32,000 nucleotides of DNA from Halomicronema hongdechloris C2206 (GCF_002075285.3 NZ_CP021983.2:3570001-3602000), one strand, 5' to 3'; numbered from the stretch's first letter, positions 11,978 through 20,935 are shown. Notes: generated by a model from the sequence alone, not told the origin. Numbers and translations are program-made.

Positions 11978-12408
11978 TCAGATATCCTCAAATATGGACA
12001 AGACGTAAACAGTGAGCTAAAAGCCCGTTTACTTCCGGCTCTGGTGCAGACACCCTAAACCTAGGGATGGAGAGCGGTTAATGGTAGGCAAGCAAAGCCT
12101 TTCCTATTAGGGTAACGATACTCTCAAGCAGACGGGGAGCTCTGCGATTCCTGCGGCAACTGCCATAGACCATCAAGGCATCGTAGGCCAGATAGCTGCC
12201 AGCACTGGCTAGATTGACAGGGGCCAACTGCCTGCAGCTATCTGGCTAATGCTGCTGCGGCCAATGTTTGACTCCCCTTAGCTGACTAGAGGGGGACTAG
12301 TACTCTGCGGCAGAACTAACGCCTCTATTGACTAGGGCGGCAAGGCTGCATTGATCAGAATCTCCCTCTGCCTTCTGCCTTCCTACTCCTGCCTTGGCAT
12401 ACTAGGCC

Positions 12409-13674
12409 CTACACTCCGGCTGGGGAAACCAAGTAACGTTTAGCTGCATCCCGTAGGGCATCAGCCTTGTCAGTGGCTTCCCAAGGCAACTCCAGATCGT
12501 TGCGGCCAAAATGGCCATAGGAGGCGATGTCTTGGTAGAAGCGCCCCCCTCGCTCTGCCGGGAGATTTTTTAGGTTAAAGCTCTGAATGATACCGGCCGG
12601 GCGCAGCTCAAACTGCTGTCTGACTAAATCCGTCAGGATATCTTCATCGATGCGACCAGTGCCGAAGGTCTCGACTAGGACACTGACGGGTCTGGCTACG
12701 CCAATGGCATAGCTCAACTGGACTTCGCACTTATCGGCTAACCCAGCGGCGACGATGTTCTTGGCCGCATAGCGACAGGCATAGGCGGCACTGCGATCGA
12801 CTTTGGTGGGATCCTTGCCGGAGAAGGCCCCGCCGCCATGGCGAGAGTAACCGCCATAGGTGTCGACGATGATCTTGCGGCCCGTGAGGCCAGAATCTCC
12901 TTGGGGACCTCCAATCACAAACTTACCGGTGGGATTCACCAAAAACCGGGTGGCGTCATCAGGCTTGATCTCAATGTTGGCGAAGGCTGGTTGCACCACG
13001 TAGGTCCATAGATCTTCCTTGATCTTGGTTTGGATGGCAGTGGCATCTTGCATGTCATCGATGATGGGGTCGTGTTGGGTAGAAATCAAAATCGTGTCAA
13101 TGCCTACCGGACGACCGTCTTCATAGACGACACTAACCTGAGTTTTGCCGTCAGGACGCAGATAAGATAACTCCCCTGCCTTACGGACGGCTGCCAGGCG
13201 GCGGGAAATGCGATGGGCCAGGCTGATGGGCAGAGGCATGAGCTCTGGCGTCTCGTTACAGGCAAAGCCAAACATTAGGCCTTGATCGCCGGCCCCGATG
13301 GCATCGAGGGCTTCATCGCTGAGTTGCTCTCGCTGTTCGTGGGCGTTATCGACGCCGAGAGCAATGTCAGAAGATTGCTTATCTAACGCAATCAACACAG
13401 AGCAACTATCTGCGGAAAAGCCATTGTCGGCATTGGTGTAGCCAATCTCGGCAATTTTCTGGCGGGCAATGTGAGCATAGTCGGCCTGGGTATTGGAGGT
13501 GATTTCTCCGGTAATCAGCACCAGGCCGGTATTGACTACGACTTCAGTGGCCACCCGACTGCTCGGATCTTCAGTCAGCAAAGCATCCAGAATCGTGTCA
13601 GAGATCTGATCGCAGATCTTGTCGGGATGTCCTTCGGTAACTGACTCTGATGTAAAAAGATAGCGACGGGACAA
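12409..13674 (-). CDS. metK: S-adenosylmethionine synthetase
   Basis: Motifs [55 protein letters not shown] and [16 protein letters not shown]. The start codon is TTG at 13674, preceded by GGAGGA. Confidence 0.97.
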   Translation of the reverse strand: MSRRYLFTSESVTEGHPDKICDQISDTILDALLTEDPSSRVATEVVVNTGLVLITGEITSNTQADYAHIARQKIAEIGYTNADNGFSADSCSVLIALDKQSSDIALGVDNAHEQREQLSDEALDAIGAGDQGLMFGFACNETPELMPLPISLAHRISRRLAAVRKAGELSYLRPDGKTQVSVVYEDGRPVGIDTILISTQHDPIIDDMQDATAIQTKIKEDLWTYVVQPAFANIEIKPDDATRFLVNPTGKFVIGGPQGDSGLTGRKIIVDTYGGYSRHGGGAFSGKDPTKVDRSAAYACRYAAKNIVAAGLADKCEVQLSYAIGVARPVSVLVETFGTGRIDEDILTDLVRQQFELRPAGIIQSFNLKNLPAERGGRFYQDIASYGHFGRNDLELPWEATDKADALRDAAKRYLVSPAGV

Positions 13675-13944
13675 TGGTCTATTCCTCCCTATGGATGAGT
13701 AAACTAAATGAACTGTAGAAGGCAGGCCCTGATGCCCAAGCCAGGACAGCTAAGGCACCTGTCGGTAACCTGCAAGCCTCAGGGCGCTCTCAACCTGTAG
13801 ACAACGGCTGCCTGGGCCAAGGCCTATCTGGCAGGTAACTACTACAACCTCGGCGGTGGAAGCACGTCCCTGGCGTAGAAGCTTCGCTAGAGGCATCTTG
13901 ATGTCCACCTAGAGGGGTCTAATGGCCCTTGAGCCTGAAGATGC

Positions 13945-15618
13945 CTAGCGGCGCTTGCGGAAATGGAAGATGCCCCAGGTCAAATAGCCATTTTGGCCAG
14001 CTTCAATCCAGTGCTGCAGGCCCTTCTTCATGCGGTCGATGTAGTCATCGCCACAGCGCTGGCGGGCTTCTGGTTCGGTGTCTTGGACGGTCTTGAGAAT
14101 GTGGCTGTAGTGATTAACCAGTTGGTGGGATAGATCCACAAATTCCACTTCGTCGAAGCCCAGAGACGCGGCGGCCTGTCGATAGAACGCCGGCGATCCT
14201 AAAGAATCGAGGTGGATCCGATCCAACACCGGTTGCAGAACCCCTGGAGGGCAATTATCACTCTGCATTGGGTCGGTAAAGATGAATTCCCCGTTATCCT
14301 TAATGACCCGACTGACTTCCTTCAAGACCCTGAGACGGTCGCCGCTGTGGAGAATGGCATCTTGAGACCAGATCACGTCGAAGGTATTGTCGCCCTCAGG
14401 GACATCCTCAAAGTTGCCAGTAACTACTTTGACTAAGTTCTGCAGTCCTTGGTCAAAGTTGAGTTGGCGATTCCGTTGATTTTGCACCTCGCTCAGGTTG
14501 AGGCAAGTGACCGGGCAGTTAAAATGCTTGGCTAAATAGCGACCGGCTCCGCCGTAGCCGGCACCAATATCGAGTACGGTGGGACGATTAGTTAAATCGA
14601 GCAGAGAAGCCATCTTTTCGACGGTACGCTGACTCGCCTCAAACACCGAGTCATTCTCGTGGTCATAGAGACCGATGTGGATATCTTCACCGCCCCAGAC
14701 GCTGGCATAGAATTGATCAGCGCTTTGACTGTTGTAATACTCGCGAGCGGTATCAACGGTTTCTACAGCTTTCATAGACACAGGCTCTTGAGACTTGTCG
14801 ACATACTGCTTACTGGCGATGTGGATGAAGAAATCTTGATCTTCGTGCCGGTAGGTTTCTTGAAAATCACCGTAAGTCTTAATTTTCTGGAATCCAACCT
14901 CTCGGAGTAACCGACAGGTATACTGCTTGCGCAGCGGATACATGTTTAGGTGAAATACTGATTGGTCAGGGAATTGATACCGAAATCGAGCCAGCCCTTC
15001 ATCGACATACTCGGGCTCGACTTTGACATCTTGACCGCAGTAGTAGTAAGCATGCTTAGAACGGTATCCCTGGTCCAAAATGACATCGTAATTCCGTTGG
15101 TCCAGAATCAGAATGCCATCGTGATTGAGGGCGGCATAGAACTCTGCCAGGGTTCTGCGGCGATCATTCTCTGCAAAGAGATGAGTGAACGAATTGCCTA
15201 GGCAGAGGATGGCATCGAACTGCTCGTGAATGTCTCGGTTGAGCCAGCGCCAGTCGGCCTGGACTGTCCTCAGGATTAAGCCCTGGCGACGCCCATTTTC
15301 AAAGGCTTTAGCCAGCATCTCAGGGCTACCATCGGCACTGACTACATCAAATCCGGCCTTTAGCAGGCGAATGGAGTGAAAGCCAGTTCCCGTAGCGGCG
15401 TCAAGGATTTTTTTAACACCATGACGCCGCAGGATGTCGATAAAAAAATCACCCTCGCTTTCTTCACGCAGATCCCAACCGATGAGCCTATCCCACTTCG
15501 AGACAAAGCTCTGAATGTATTCGGCTTGGTAGTGATCAGTTTTTCGAACGCTCAGGGGATCCGATCCATAATCCTGCCGTTGGCGTCGAAGATTAAGATC
15601 TCTGTATTCAGTTTTCAT
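13945..15618 (-). CDS. gsmt-sdmt: Fused glycine/sarcosine N-methyltransferase and sarcosine/dimethylglycine N-methyltransferase (single-polypeptide glycine betaine synthase)
   Basis: 557 aa with two class-I SAM-methyltransferase modules. The N-half (QDYGSDPLSVRKTDHYQAEYIQSFVSKWD...LDAATGTGFHSIRL...CLGNSFTHL...ILILDQRNYD...YYYCG) matches my recollection of Aphanothece halophytica GSMT. The C-half (AREYYNS.SADQFY..VWGGEDIHIGLY...VLDIGAGYGGAGRYLA...TDPMQ) matches DMT/SDMT. Confidence 0.85.
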   Translation of the reverse strand: MKTEYRDLNLRRQRQDYGSDPLSVRKTDHYQAEYIQSFVSKWDRLIGWDLREESEGDFFIDILRRHGVKKILDAATGTGFHSIRLLKAGFDVVSADGSPEMLAKAFENGRRQGLILRTVQADWRWLNRDIHEQFDAILCLGNSFTHLFAENDRRRTLAEFYAALNHDGILILDQRNYDVILDQGYRSKHAYYYCGQDVKVEPEYVDEGLARFRYQFPDQSVFHLNMYPLRKQYTCRLLREVGFQKIKTYGDFQETYRHEDQDFFIHIASKQYVDKSQEPVSMKAVETVDTAREYYNSQSADQFYASVWGGEDIHIGLYDHENDSVFEASQRTVEKMASLLDLTNRPTVLDIGAGYGGAGRYLAKHFNCPVTCLNLSEVQNQRNRQLNFDQGLQNLVKVVTGNFEDVPEGDNTFDVIWSQDAILHSGDRLRVLKEVSRVIKDNGEFIFTDPMQSDNCPPGVLQPVLDRIHLDSLGSPAFYRQAAASLGFDEVEFVDLSHQLVNHYSHILKTVQDTEPEARQRCGDDYIDRMKKGLQHWIEAGQNGYLTWGIFHFRKRR

Positions 15619-16375
15619 GGATGTTTAAATTGCTCTTAACTTCAACTAAAGTTGGCCGCAAACTATTCGTTTCTGGCGATTTCACCTTGATTCTTGGCAA
15701 TTCTGCTCAAGATCAGACCTTTGAAACTCCTTAAGCACATATGGCATATGCGACAACGGCACTAGTATTGGTGTGCCTTGCAAATACTTGAGCAGACACC
15801 TCACCTTGACTAAGATCGCCGACTTAGTCAAGCATTGCTTCTGGGGCAAGCGTTGCTTTGTGGTGCCGTTGTCTATAATACTGAAACTTCGGATTATTCC
15901 AAAGGCATTATCTAAATTAATCTCTGAGAGGCGCTGTATCTACCTAGGAAAAGCCGTTTCAGCGTGTCTGAGAAATTTAGCGATGCTAATCTACAAATTG
16001 TCAACAAGACAATTCATTAGCGGATCTTCAAAAGAATCTTGTGAGGAGATTCATTGCTGGTCAAGGGTTTCATGGGATTGAATTGATGAGCTGAGCCTGA
16101 TTGCAAAGGCTAGATAAGCTCTCGTTTCGATAGTCATTGAAAAACTTAACGTTAGTTATTCTAATCATTCTTGGAGTTAAGTATATAAAGTCTTGAGGGA
16201 TATGTTAATGCCCAGACCCGATAAATACCAATTTGGATCGATGTGCTGATAGGTGTGAGGCTTTGTTGCTGGATGCAACATCCTGCCAGATCTCTCTATA
16301 GGTTGCAATGGATGATGGTATGAAATTCGACCTTGAAATTTGGCGTTGATAATTGTTGTTAGGTGATATTTTGCT

Positions 16376-17308
16376 ATGAATCGTTTTCTTGCGGCAGCCC
16401 AGTCTGGTCAGTTTTTAGTGACGGCGGAGGTGATGCCCCCCAAGGGGAGTAACCCTGACCGGATGCTAATGGTAGCTCGGCAGCTGAAGTCCTGGGTGCA
16501 TGCGGTCAATATTACAGATGGCAGTCGGGCGGTGTTGCGCACCTCGTCGGTGGCATCTGCGGCCATTCTCAAACAGGCAGATATTGAACCCATCTGCCAA
16601 ATGACCTGTCGCGATCGCAACTCCATTGCCCTGCAAGCCGATCTGATGGGGGCCCACATGCTGGGCATTCGCAATGTGTTGGCCCTAACCGGCGATCCGA
16701 TCCAGGCCGGGGATCATCCCAAGGCCCGCAAGGTCTTTGAATTGGAATCGGTGCGCCTGCTGCGGCTGATCGATCGGCTGAATCAGGGGTGCGATCGCAA
16801 CGGCAACCCCCTCAAAGACGAGGCCACCCAACTTTTCCCGGGCGCCGCCGTCGACCCCCAATCCCCTAGCTGGTCAGGGTTGCAGCGACGCTTCCAGCGC
16901 AAACTCGAGGCCGGGGCCCAATTTTTCCAGAGCCAACTAATCTGCGACTTCGACCGCCTGGAAAAATTTATCGACCAGATCGCCAGCCAGAGTGATAAGC
17001 CGATCCTGGCCGGCATCTTCCTGTTGAAGTCGGCCAAAAATGCCCGCTTCATCAATAAATATGTGCCCGGTGTGGAGATTCCCCAGCACACCATCGACCG
17101 CCTAGAGCGAGCCTCCCATCCCCTGCAGGAAGGCATCACCATCGCCGCCGAGCAAGTCAACCTGGCCCGGCAACTCTGCCAGGGCGTCCACATGATGGCC
17201 GTGCGCCGGGAAGAATTGATCCCGCAGATCCTAGAACAAGCCGGCATCAGCCCTCTCTCTCCTGAGGTCAGTCCCCATGTGGCCCAGGAGGAAGCCGTCA
17301 AGGTGTAG
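16376..17308 (+). CDS. metF: Methylenetetrahydrofolate reductase
   Basis: 310 aa. Contains FLVTAEVMPPKG, NITDGS.A, MTCRDRN.IALQADL.GA...GIRNVLALTGD and FFQSQLICD, as in the MetF/MTHFR family. Confidence 0.88.
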   Translation: MNRFLAAAQSGQFLVTAEVMPPKGSNPDRMLMVARQLKSWVHAVNITDGSRAVLRTSSVASAAILKQADIEPICQMTCRDRNSIALQADLMGAHMLGIRNVLALTGDPIQAGDHPKARKVFELESVRLLRLIDRLNQGCDRNGNPLKDEATQLFPGAAVDPQSPSWSGLQRRFQRKLEAGAQFFQSQLICDFDRLEKFIDQIASQSDKPILAGIFLLKSAKNARFINKYVPGVEIPQHTIDRLERASHPLQEGITIAAEQVNLARQLCQGVHMMAVRREELIPQILEQAGISPLSPEVSPHVAQEEAVKV

Positions 17309-17690
17309 GGTTGGATGGGTAGGCGAGTGACGAGTGACGAGTGACGAGTGGATAGGTGATGGGGTGATGGGGAAAAGGAAAACGGAGAACGGCTTGCCCT
17401 GTTCGCGAAGCGGCTCCGTAGGAGCAACGTAGTCGAAGGGAGAGCGGAGAACGGAAAAGGGAATAGAGTAGGGGCGCGGTTGCCGCGCCCAATGCAGAAA
17501 ACTCTGAAAAGGCAGAAGGATGAAGTTGGAAATATGCCCCTCGCTACTCTGCTGATGCAACGCGATCTACGACGGCTGATCAATATGCCTTTCCGCAGGG
17601 TCCAGGGCGAAGGCTCGCCCTGGTCGTAGGGGTCCGGGGGAAGCGACATTCCCCCGGGTGAGCACTTCACGCTACCCAATTAAGTGCGGC
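17309..17690 (-). repeat. Dispersed structured repeat element, copy A (inverted relative to copy B at 20521-20750). Includes STRR-like tandem repeats and an internal GC hairpin.
   Basis: The reverse complement of about 17545-17686 aligns base-for-base with 20526-20665, with roughly four-fifths identity by eye. The distal end (17309-17400) matches 20680-20750. It contains (CGAGTGA)x4 at 17324-17351, (GGTGATGG)x2 at 17355-17370, and the hairpin GGGCGCG-gcaa-CGCGCCC at 17472-17490. Confidence 0.8.
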
Positions 17691-17792
17691 CTTACCGAGG
17701 TCTACCGACACTGAGCAACAAGCCCTTCCACGGAGTCCAAGGCAGTCAGCAGGGATAATCTCCTCGCACAGGCTAAAGCCTACACTACCAAT

Positions 17793-18419
17793 TTAATGCT
17801 CAAAAACATTGCTAAACTGCAGCAGATCCAAACTGGCAAACACCGGAATGCACTGAAAGCACTGCTGGGCCAGTTCCCAGCGGCCTTCCCGCTGCAGCAT
17901 CTGGGTCAGGGTCTGCCGCAGAGGATGCAGATAGCGCACATCATTGGCGGCATAGCGGAGTTGTTCCTCCGAGAGCGCCATAGCATTGCCCCAGTCAGAA
18001 CTCTGGGCGGTTTTATCGAGCTCGATGCCCGCTACCTCCCGCACCAGTTCCTTCAGGCCGTGCTTGGGGCTGTAGGTGCGGCTGAGTTTGCTGGCCACCT
18101 TGGTGCAGAAGATGGGCTGCACGTCGATGCCCAGGTGATAGCGCAGCGTCGCCAGGTCGAAGCGGGCAAAGTGGAAGATCTTCAGCACCTGGGCAGCCTG
18201 CAGCAGTTGCTGCAGCCGGGGCGCCTGGGTTTGGCCTTGGGCGATGCGAACCGCAGCAATATGGCCATTGGCATCAGACAACTGCACCAGGCAGAGCCGA
18301 TCCCGTTGAGGCAACAGCCCCATGGTTTCGGTGTCAATTGCGATCGCATCGCTGCCTAAATATCGCGACAACAAGGCTTCATCCAAGTCGCGATCGCACA
18401 CCTGAAACTCCCCATCCAT
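17793..18419 (-). CDS. rnd: 3'-5' exonuclease domain protein (short RNase D-like, DEDDy family)
   Basis: 208 aa. Contains IAIDTET (ExoI), HFARFDL (ExoII) and YAANDVRYL (ExoIII with Tyr). It starts 3 nt after the trpB stop, so it is probably co-transcribed. Confidence 0.85.
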   Translation of the reverse strand: MDGEFQVCDRDLDEALLSRYLGSDAIAIDTETMGLLPQRDRLCLVQLSDANGHIAAVRIAQGQTQAPRLQQLLQAAQVLKIFHFARFDLATLRYHLGIDVQPIFCTKVASKLSRTYSPKHGLKELVREVAGIELDKTAQSSDWGNAMALSEEQLRYAANDVRYLHPLRQTLTQMLQREGRWELAQQCFQCIPVFASLDLLQFSNVFEH

Positions 18420-18422
18420 CTT

Positions 18423-19667
18423 TTAGCTCAACTCCCCCAGGATCTTGGCCACACTCTGCACATCCTTATCGCCCCGCCCAGAACAATTAATCACAATCCG
18501 GGGGGAGCCGTCGAGCTGGGGGCAGAGGGTGTCTAAATAGGCAAAGGCATGGGCCGTCTCCAGGGCCGGAATGATGCCCTCCAACCGCGACACCTGCTGA
18601 AAGCCTTCCAGGGCCTGCTGATCAGTGACACTGTAATACTCCGCCCGGCCCGTGTCTTTCAAATAGCTATGCTCCGGCCCCACGCCAGGATAGTCGAGAC
18701 CGGCACTGACCGAATGGGCCTCCAGCACCTGACCATCATTATTTTGTAAGAGATAACTCATGGCCCCGTGCAATACCCCGATGCGGCCCTGGGTCAGAGT
18801 GGCGGCATGCTTATCGGTCAACACTCCCTCACCAGCGGCTTCGATGCCGATCAGGCGCACCGTCGGTGCTGCGATGAACTCGTGGAAGAGCCCCATGGCA
18901 TTGGACCCGCCGCCGACACAGGCCAGCAGGATATCGGGCAGACCACCAAACTTTTCCTGACACTGCCGCCGGGTTTCGCTACCAATTACCGCATGGAAGT
19001 CCCGCACCATCATCGGGTAGGGATGGGGACCGGCCACCGACCCCAGGATGTAATGGGTGGTGTCCACATGGGTGACCCAATCGCGAATGGCCTCAGAGGT
19101 GGCATCCTTCAGGGTGCCGGTGCCAGCGCTCACGGGCCGCACCTCGGCCCCCATCAGGCCCATGCGAAATACATTCAGGGCCTGGCGCTCCATGTCGTGC
19201 ACCCCCATGTAGATCACACACTGGAGGCCGAAGCGGGCACAGACCGTAGCCGTGGCCACCCCATGTTGGCCAGCCCCAGTCTCGGCGATCACCCGCTGCT
19301 TACCCATACGCCGGGCCAGCAGCACCTGCCCCAGAGCATTGTTGATCTTGTGGGCGCCGGTGTGGTTCAGGTCTTCCCGTTTCAGATAGATCTGGGGGCC
19401 ACTGCCATCGGGACGGCTGTAGTGCTGGGTCAGCCGCTCGGCAAAATAGAGGGGGCTGGGCCGACCGACATAGTCCCGCAACAGCCCCTGGAGTTCGGCC
19501 TGGCAATCGGGATCTTGGCGATAGGTCTCATAGGCCTGCTCTAACTCTTGCAGGGCAGGCATCAGGGTCTCGGGCACATACTTGCCCCCGAAGCGGCCGA
19601 AGCGGCCCTGGGTATCGGGGCGCTGCACCGAGGCGGCCGTTGGGGAAAACACAGGGGTCTGAGTCAC
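18423..19667 (-). CDS. trpB: Tryptophan synthase beta subunit
   Basis: Contains [32 protein letters not shown] (the PLP lysine), [10 protein letters not shown] and GGGSNAMG. The ORF track extends to a TTG at 19748. I prefer the GTG at 19667, because a TATAAT box sits inside the extension and TrpB N-termini normally start about 20 aa before GRFG. The start is uncertain. Confidence 0.93.
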   Translation of the reverse strand: MTQTPVFSPTAASVQRPDTQGRFGRFGGKYVPETLMPALQELEQAYETYRQDPDCQAELQGLLRDYVGRPSPLYFAERLTQHYSRPDGSGPQIYLKREDLNHTGAHKINNALGQVLLARRMGKQRVIAETGAGQHGVATATVCARFGLQCVIYMGVHDMERQALNVFRMGLMGAEVRPVSAGTGTLKDATSEAIRDWVTHVDTTHYILGSVAGPHPYPMMVRDFHAVIGSETRRQCQEKFGGLPDILLACVGGGSNAMGLFHEFIAAPTVRLIGIEAAGEGVLTDKHAATLTQGRIGVLHGAMSYLLQNNDGQVLEAHSVSAGLDYPGVGPEHSYLKDTGRAEYYSVTDQQALEGFQQVSRLEGIIPALETAHAFAYLDTLCPQLDGSPRIVINCSGRGDKDVQSVAKILGELS

Positions 19668-19894
19668 GGGAAATTGGGTTATGAAATAGCCGTCATCGCC
19701 CTCATTATAAGGTGGCTGGCACCGGGAACGGGGGCCGTTTCGCCCCAACCAGGGAAGAACTGTATCATTCCGGGGAGACGCCCGTAGTCCAGGCCCGGCG
19801 CTCGCTAGCAGGCTAAACGCAGCTATGGGATATCAACTTAAGCTGGAATGCCCTGACTAGACAAGCAGCCAGATGGGATCTGAGTAGCCTATTA

Positions 19895-20100
19895 TCGGTT
19901 TCGGGAACCCATTTGTTAGTTTTGCCTTCCCATTTATAAGCAATGCTTTGGCGATTCTAAGAAGGATGAAAGCCTTTCGTATACATGGGAACTCGTTGCT
20001 TCGATCTGCCTTCTCATTTATAAGCAATGCTTTGGCGATTCTAAGAAGGACGAAAGCCTTTCGTATAGATGAGAACCCATTGCTTCGATCTGCCTTCCCA
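19895..20100 (+). repeat. Tandem repeat, 84-bp unit, about 2.4 copies
   Basis: Full units at 19923-20006 and 20007-20090 are near-identical (TGCCTTC(C/T)CATTTATAAGCAATGCTTTGGCGATTCTAAGAAGGA(T/C)GAAAGCCTTTCGTATA...). Partial copies occur at both ends. Each unit holds the palindrome A(C/T)GAAAGCCTTTCGT. Confidence 0.9.
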
Positions 20101-20208
20101 GGTCTCGCTCGGGGCTTCTGCTCAGCGATAATCGCCGTCTCCAGTTCAGGACTGGAGAGCGTCCCTAGCCCTTATTAGTCTGGAATTTTTCATTGAGATT
20201 GCATGACC

Positions 20209-20450
20209 TAGAATCCAGGTAGGGCACTTCGCAATCAGTTAGCATGCCCTAGGTACTGCTTTTCGGTAACTGGATTCCCGCCGCCGCGGGAATGACGGTA
20301 GTACGTTTCTTTCGGTAACCGAATAATCGCGGAAAAGACTTCCGTCATTCCGGGCAAGCGCAGCGCGACCCGGAATCCAGGTAGAGGTCTACGCGGTTGG
20401 CAAACATCCCCTGGGCGAAAACTGGATTCCCGCCGCCGGGGGAATGCCTG
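20209..20450. repeat. Cluster of nested palindromic (MITE/REP-like) units with conserved termini GGAATCCAGGTAG ... AACTGGATTCCCGCCGCC(G)GGGGAATG
   Basis: Unit 1 spans about 20209-20297 and unit 2 about 20369-20447. They share termini but differ internally. There is an extra stem GGAATGACGG / CCGTCATTCC (20289-20298 / 20342-20351). A third GGAATCCAGGTAG lies at 20784-20796. Confidence 0.75.
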
Positions 20451-20520
20451 GCAACCTCTGTAGTGAGCTGCCCTGGGCCGTGGTAGGGCTGGTCAGGATG
20501 TGGTGGTAAATTTCGGCAAG

Positions 20521-20750
20521 GCCACACTTAATTGGGTAGCGTGGAGTGCTCGCCCGGGGGAATGTCGCTTCCCTCGGACCCCTACGACCAGGGCAAACCG
20601 CTGCCCTGGACCTGCGGAAGGGCCTGTTGATCGGTCGTTATGGATCGCGTCGCATCGGCAAGGACGCGAGGGGGCTTTTTCCCTGTTCTCTGTTCTCTTT
20701 CCCCTTAAACCTTACCCCCGTTACCCGCTACTCGCCTACCCGCCCACTCC
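20521..20750 (+). repeat. Dispersed structured repeat element, copy B (inverted partner of 17309-17690)
   Basis: See copy A. It contains hairpins at 20554-20577 and 20588-20609 whose differences from copy A preserve base pairing. Confidence 0.8.
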
Positions 20751-20935
20751 TAGGGAATGGAGGGGGATAGCGTAGCACCACCCGGAATCCAGGTAGAAGG
20801 TAACCTCGACCCTGGGAATTCTATTTGGGGAAGACTCAGGCTCCTTCGACACAGCTCAGGACAAGCCGCTCACCGAGCGACAACTGGTCACCGAGCCACA
20901 ACCGCTCACCGAGCGGAGTCGAGGTGACAGGCCAC

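Noticed and set aside
13675-13944. SAM riboswitch upstream of metK, and SAH riboswitch upstream of ahcY (11969-12408)
   Set aside because: I read both leaders on the coding strand and could not find the conserved cores of the SAM-I, SAM-II or SAH riboswitches as I remember them. Only generic hairpins are present. A covariance-model scan would be needed to be certain.
15773-16081. 102-aa ORF in the AT-rich gsmt/sdmt-metF spacer
   Set aside because: It starts with a non-ATG codon and has no similarity I recognise. Its composition is atypical relative to neighbouring genes, and it overlaps the nested inverted repeats.
16783-17679. 298-aa minus-strand ORF overlapping metF and the downstream repeat element
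   Set aside because: It runs antisense to a well-supported metF and continues through tandem repeats. Its sequence is Arg/Ser/Pro/Trp-rich, which is typical of out-of-frame translation.
17796-19544. Plus-strand ORFs 17796-18359 (187 aa) and 18768-19544 (258 aa), opposite rnd and trpB
   Set aside because: These are shadow ORFs antisense to genes with unambiguous motifs. They are rich in Gln/His/Gly/Leu runs and have no family resemblance.
19895-20100. Possible CRISPR array (regular repeats)
   Set aside because: The repeats are contiguous 84-bp units with no unique spacers. No cas genes are present and the repeat length is outside the CRISPR range. It is a plain tandem repeat.
19948-20178. 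76-aa ORF across the 84-bp tandem repeat
   Set aside because: The peptide is just a translation of the repeat (AILRR.KAFRI...LLRSAF occurs twice). There is no RBS and it sits in a repeat-dense non-coding block.
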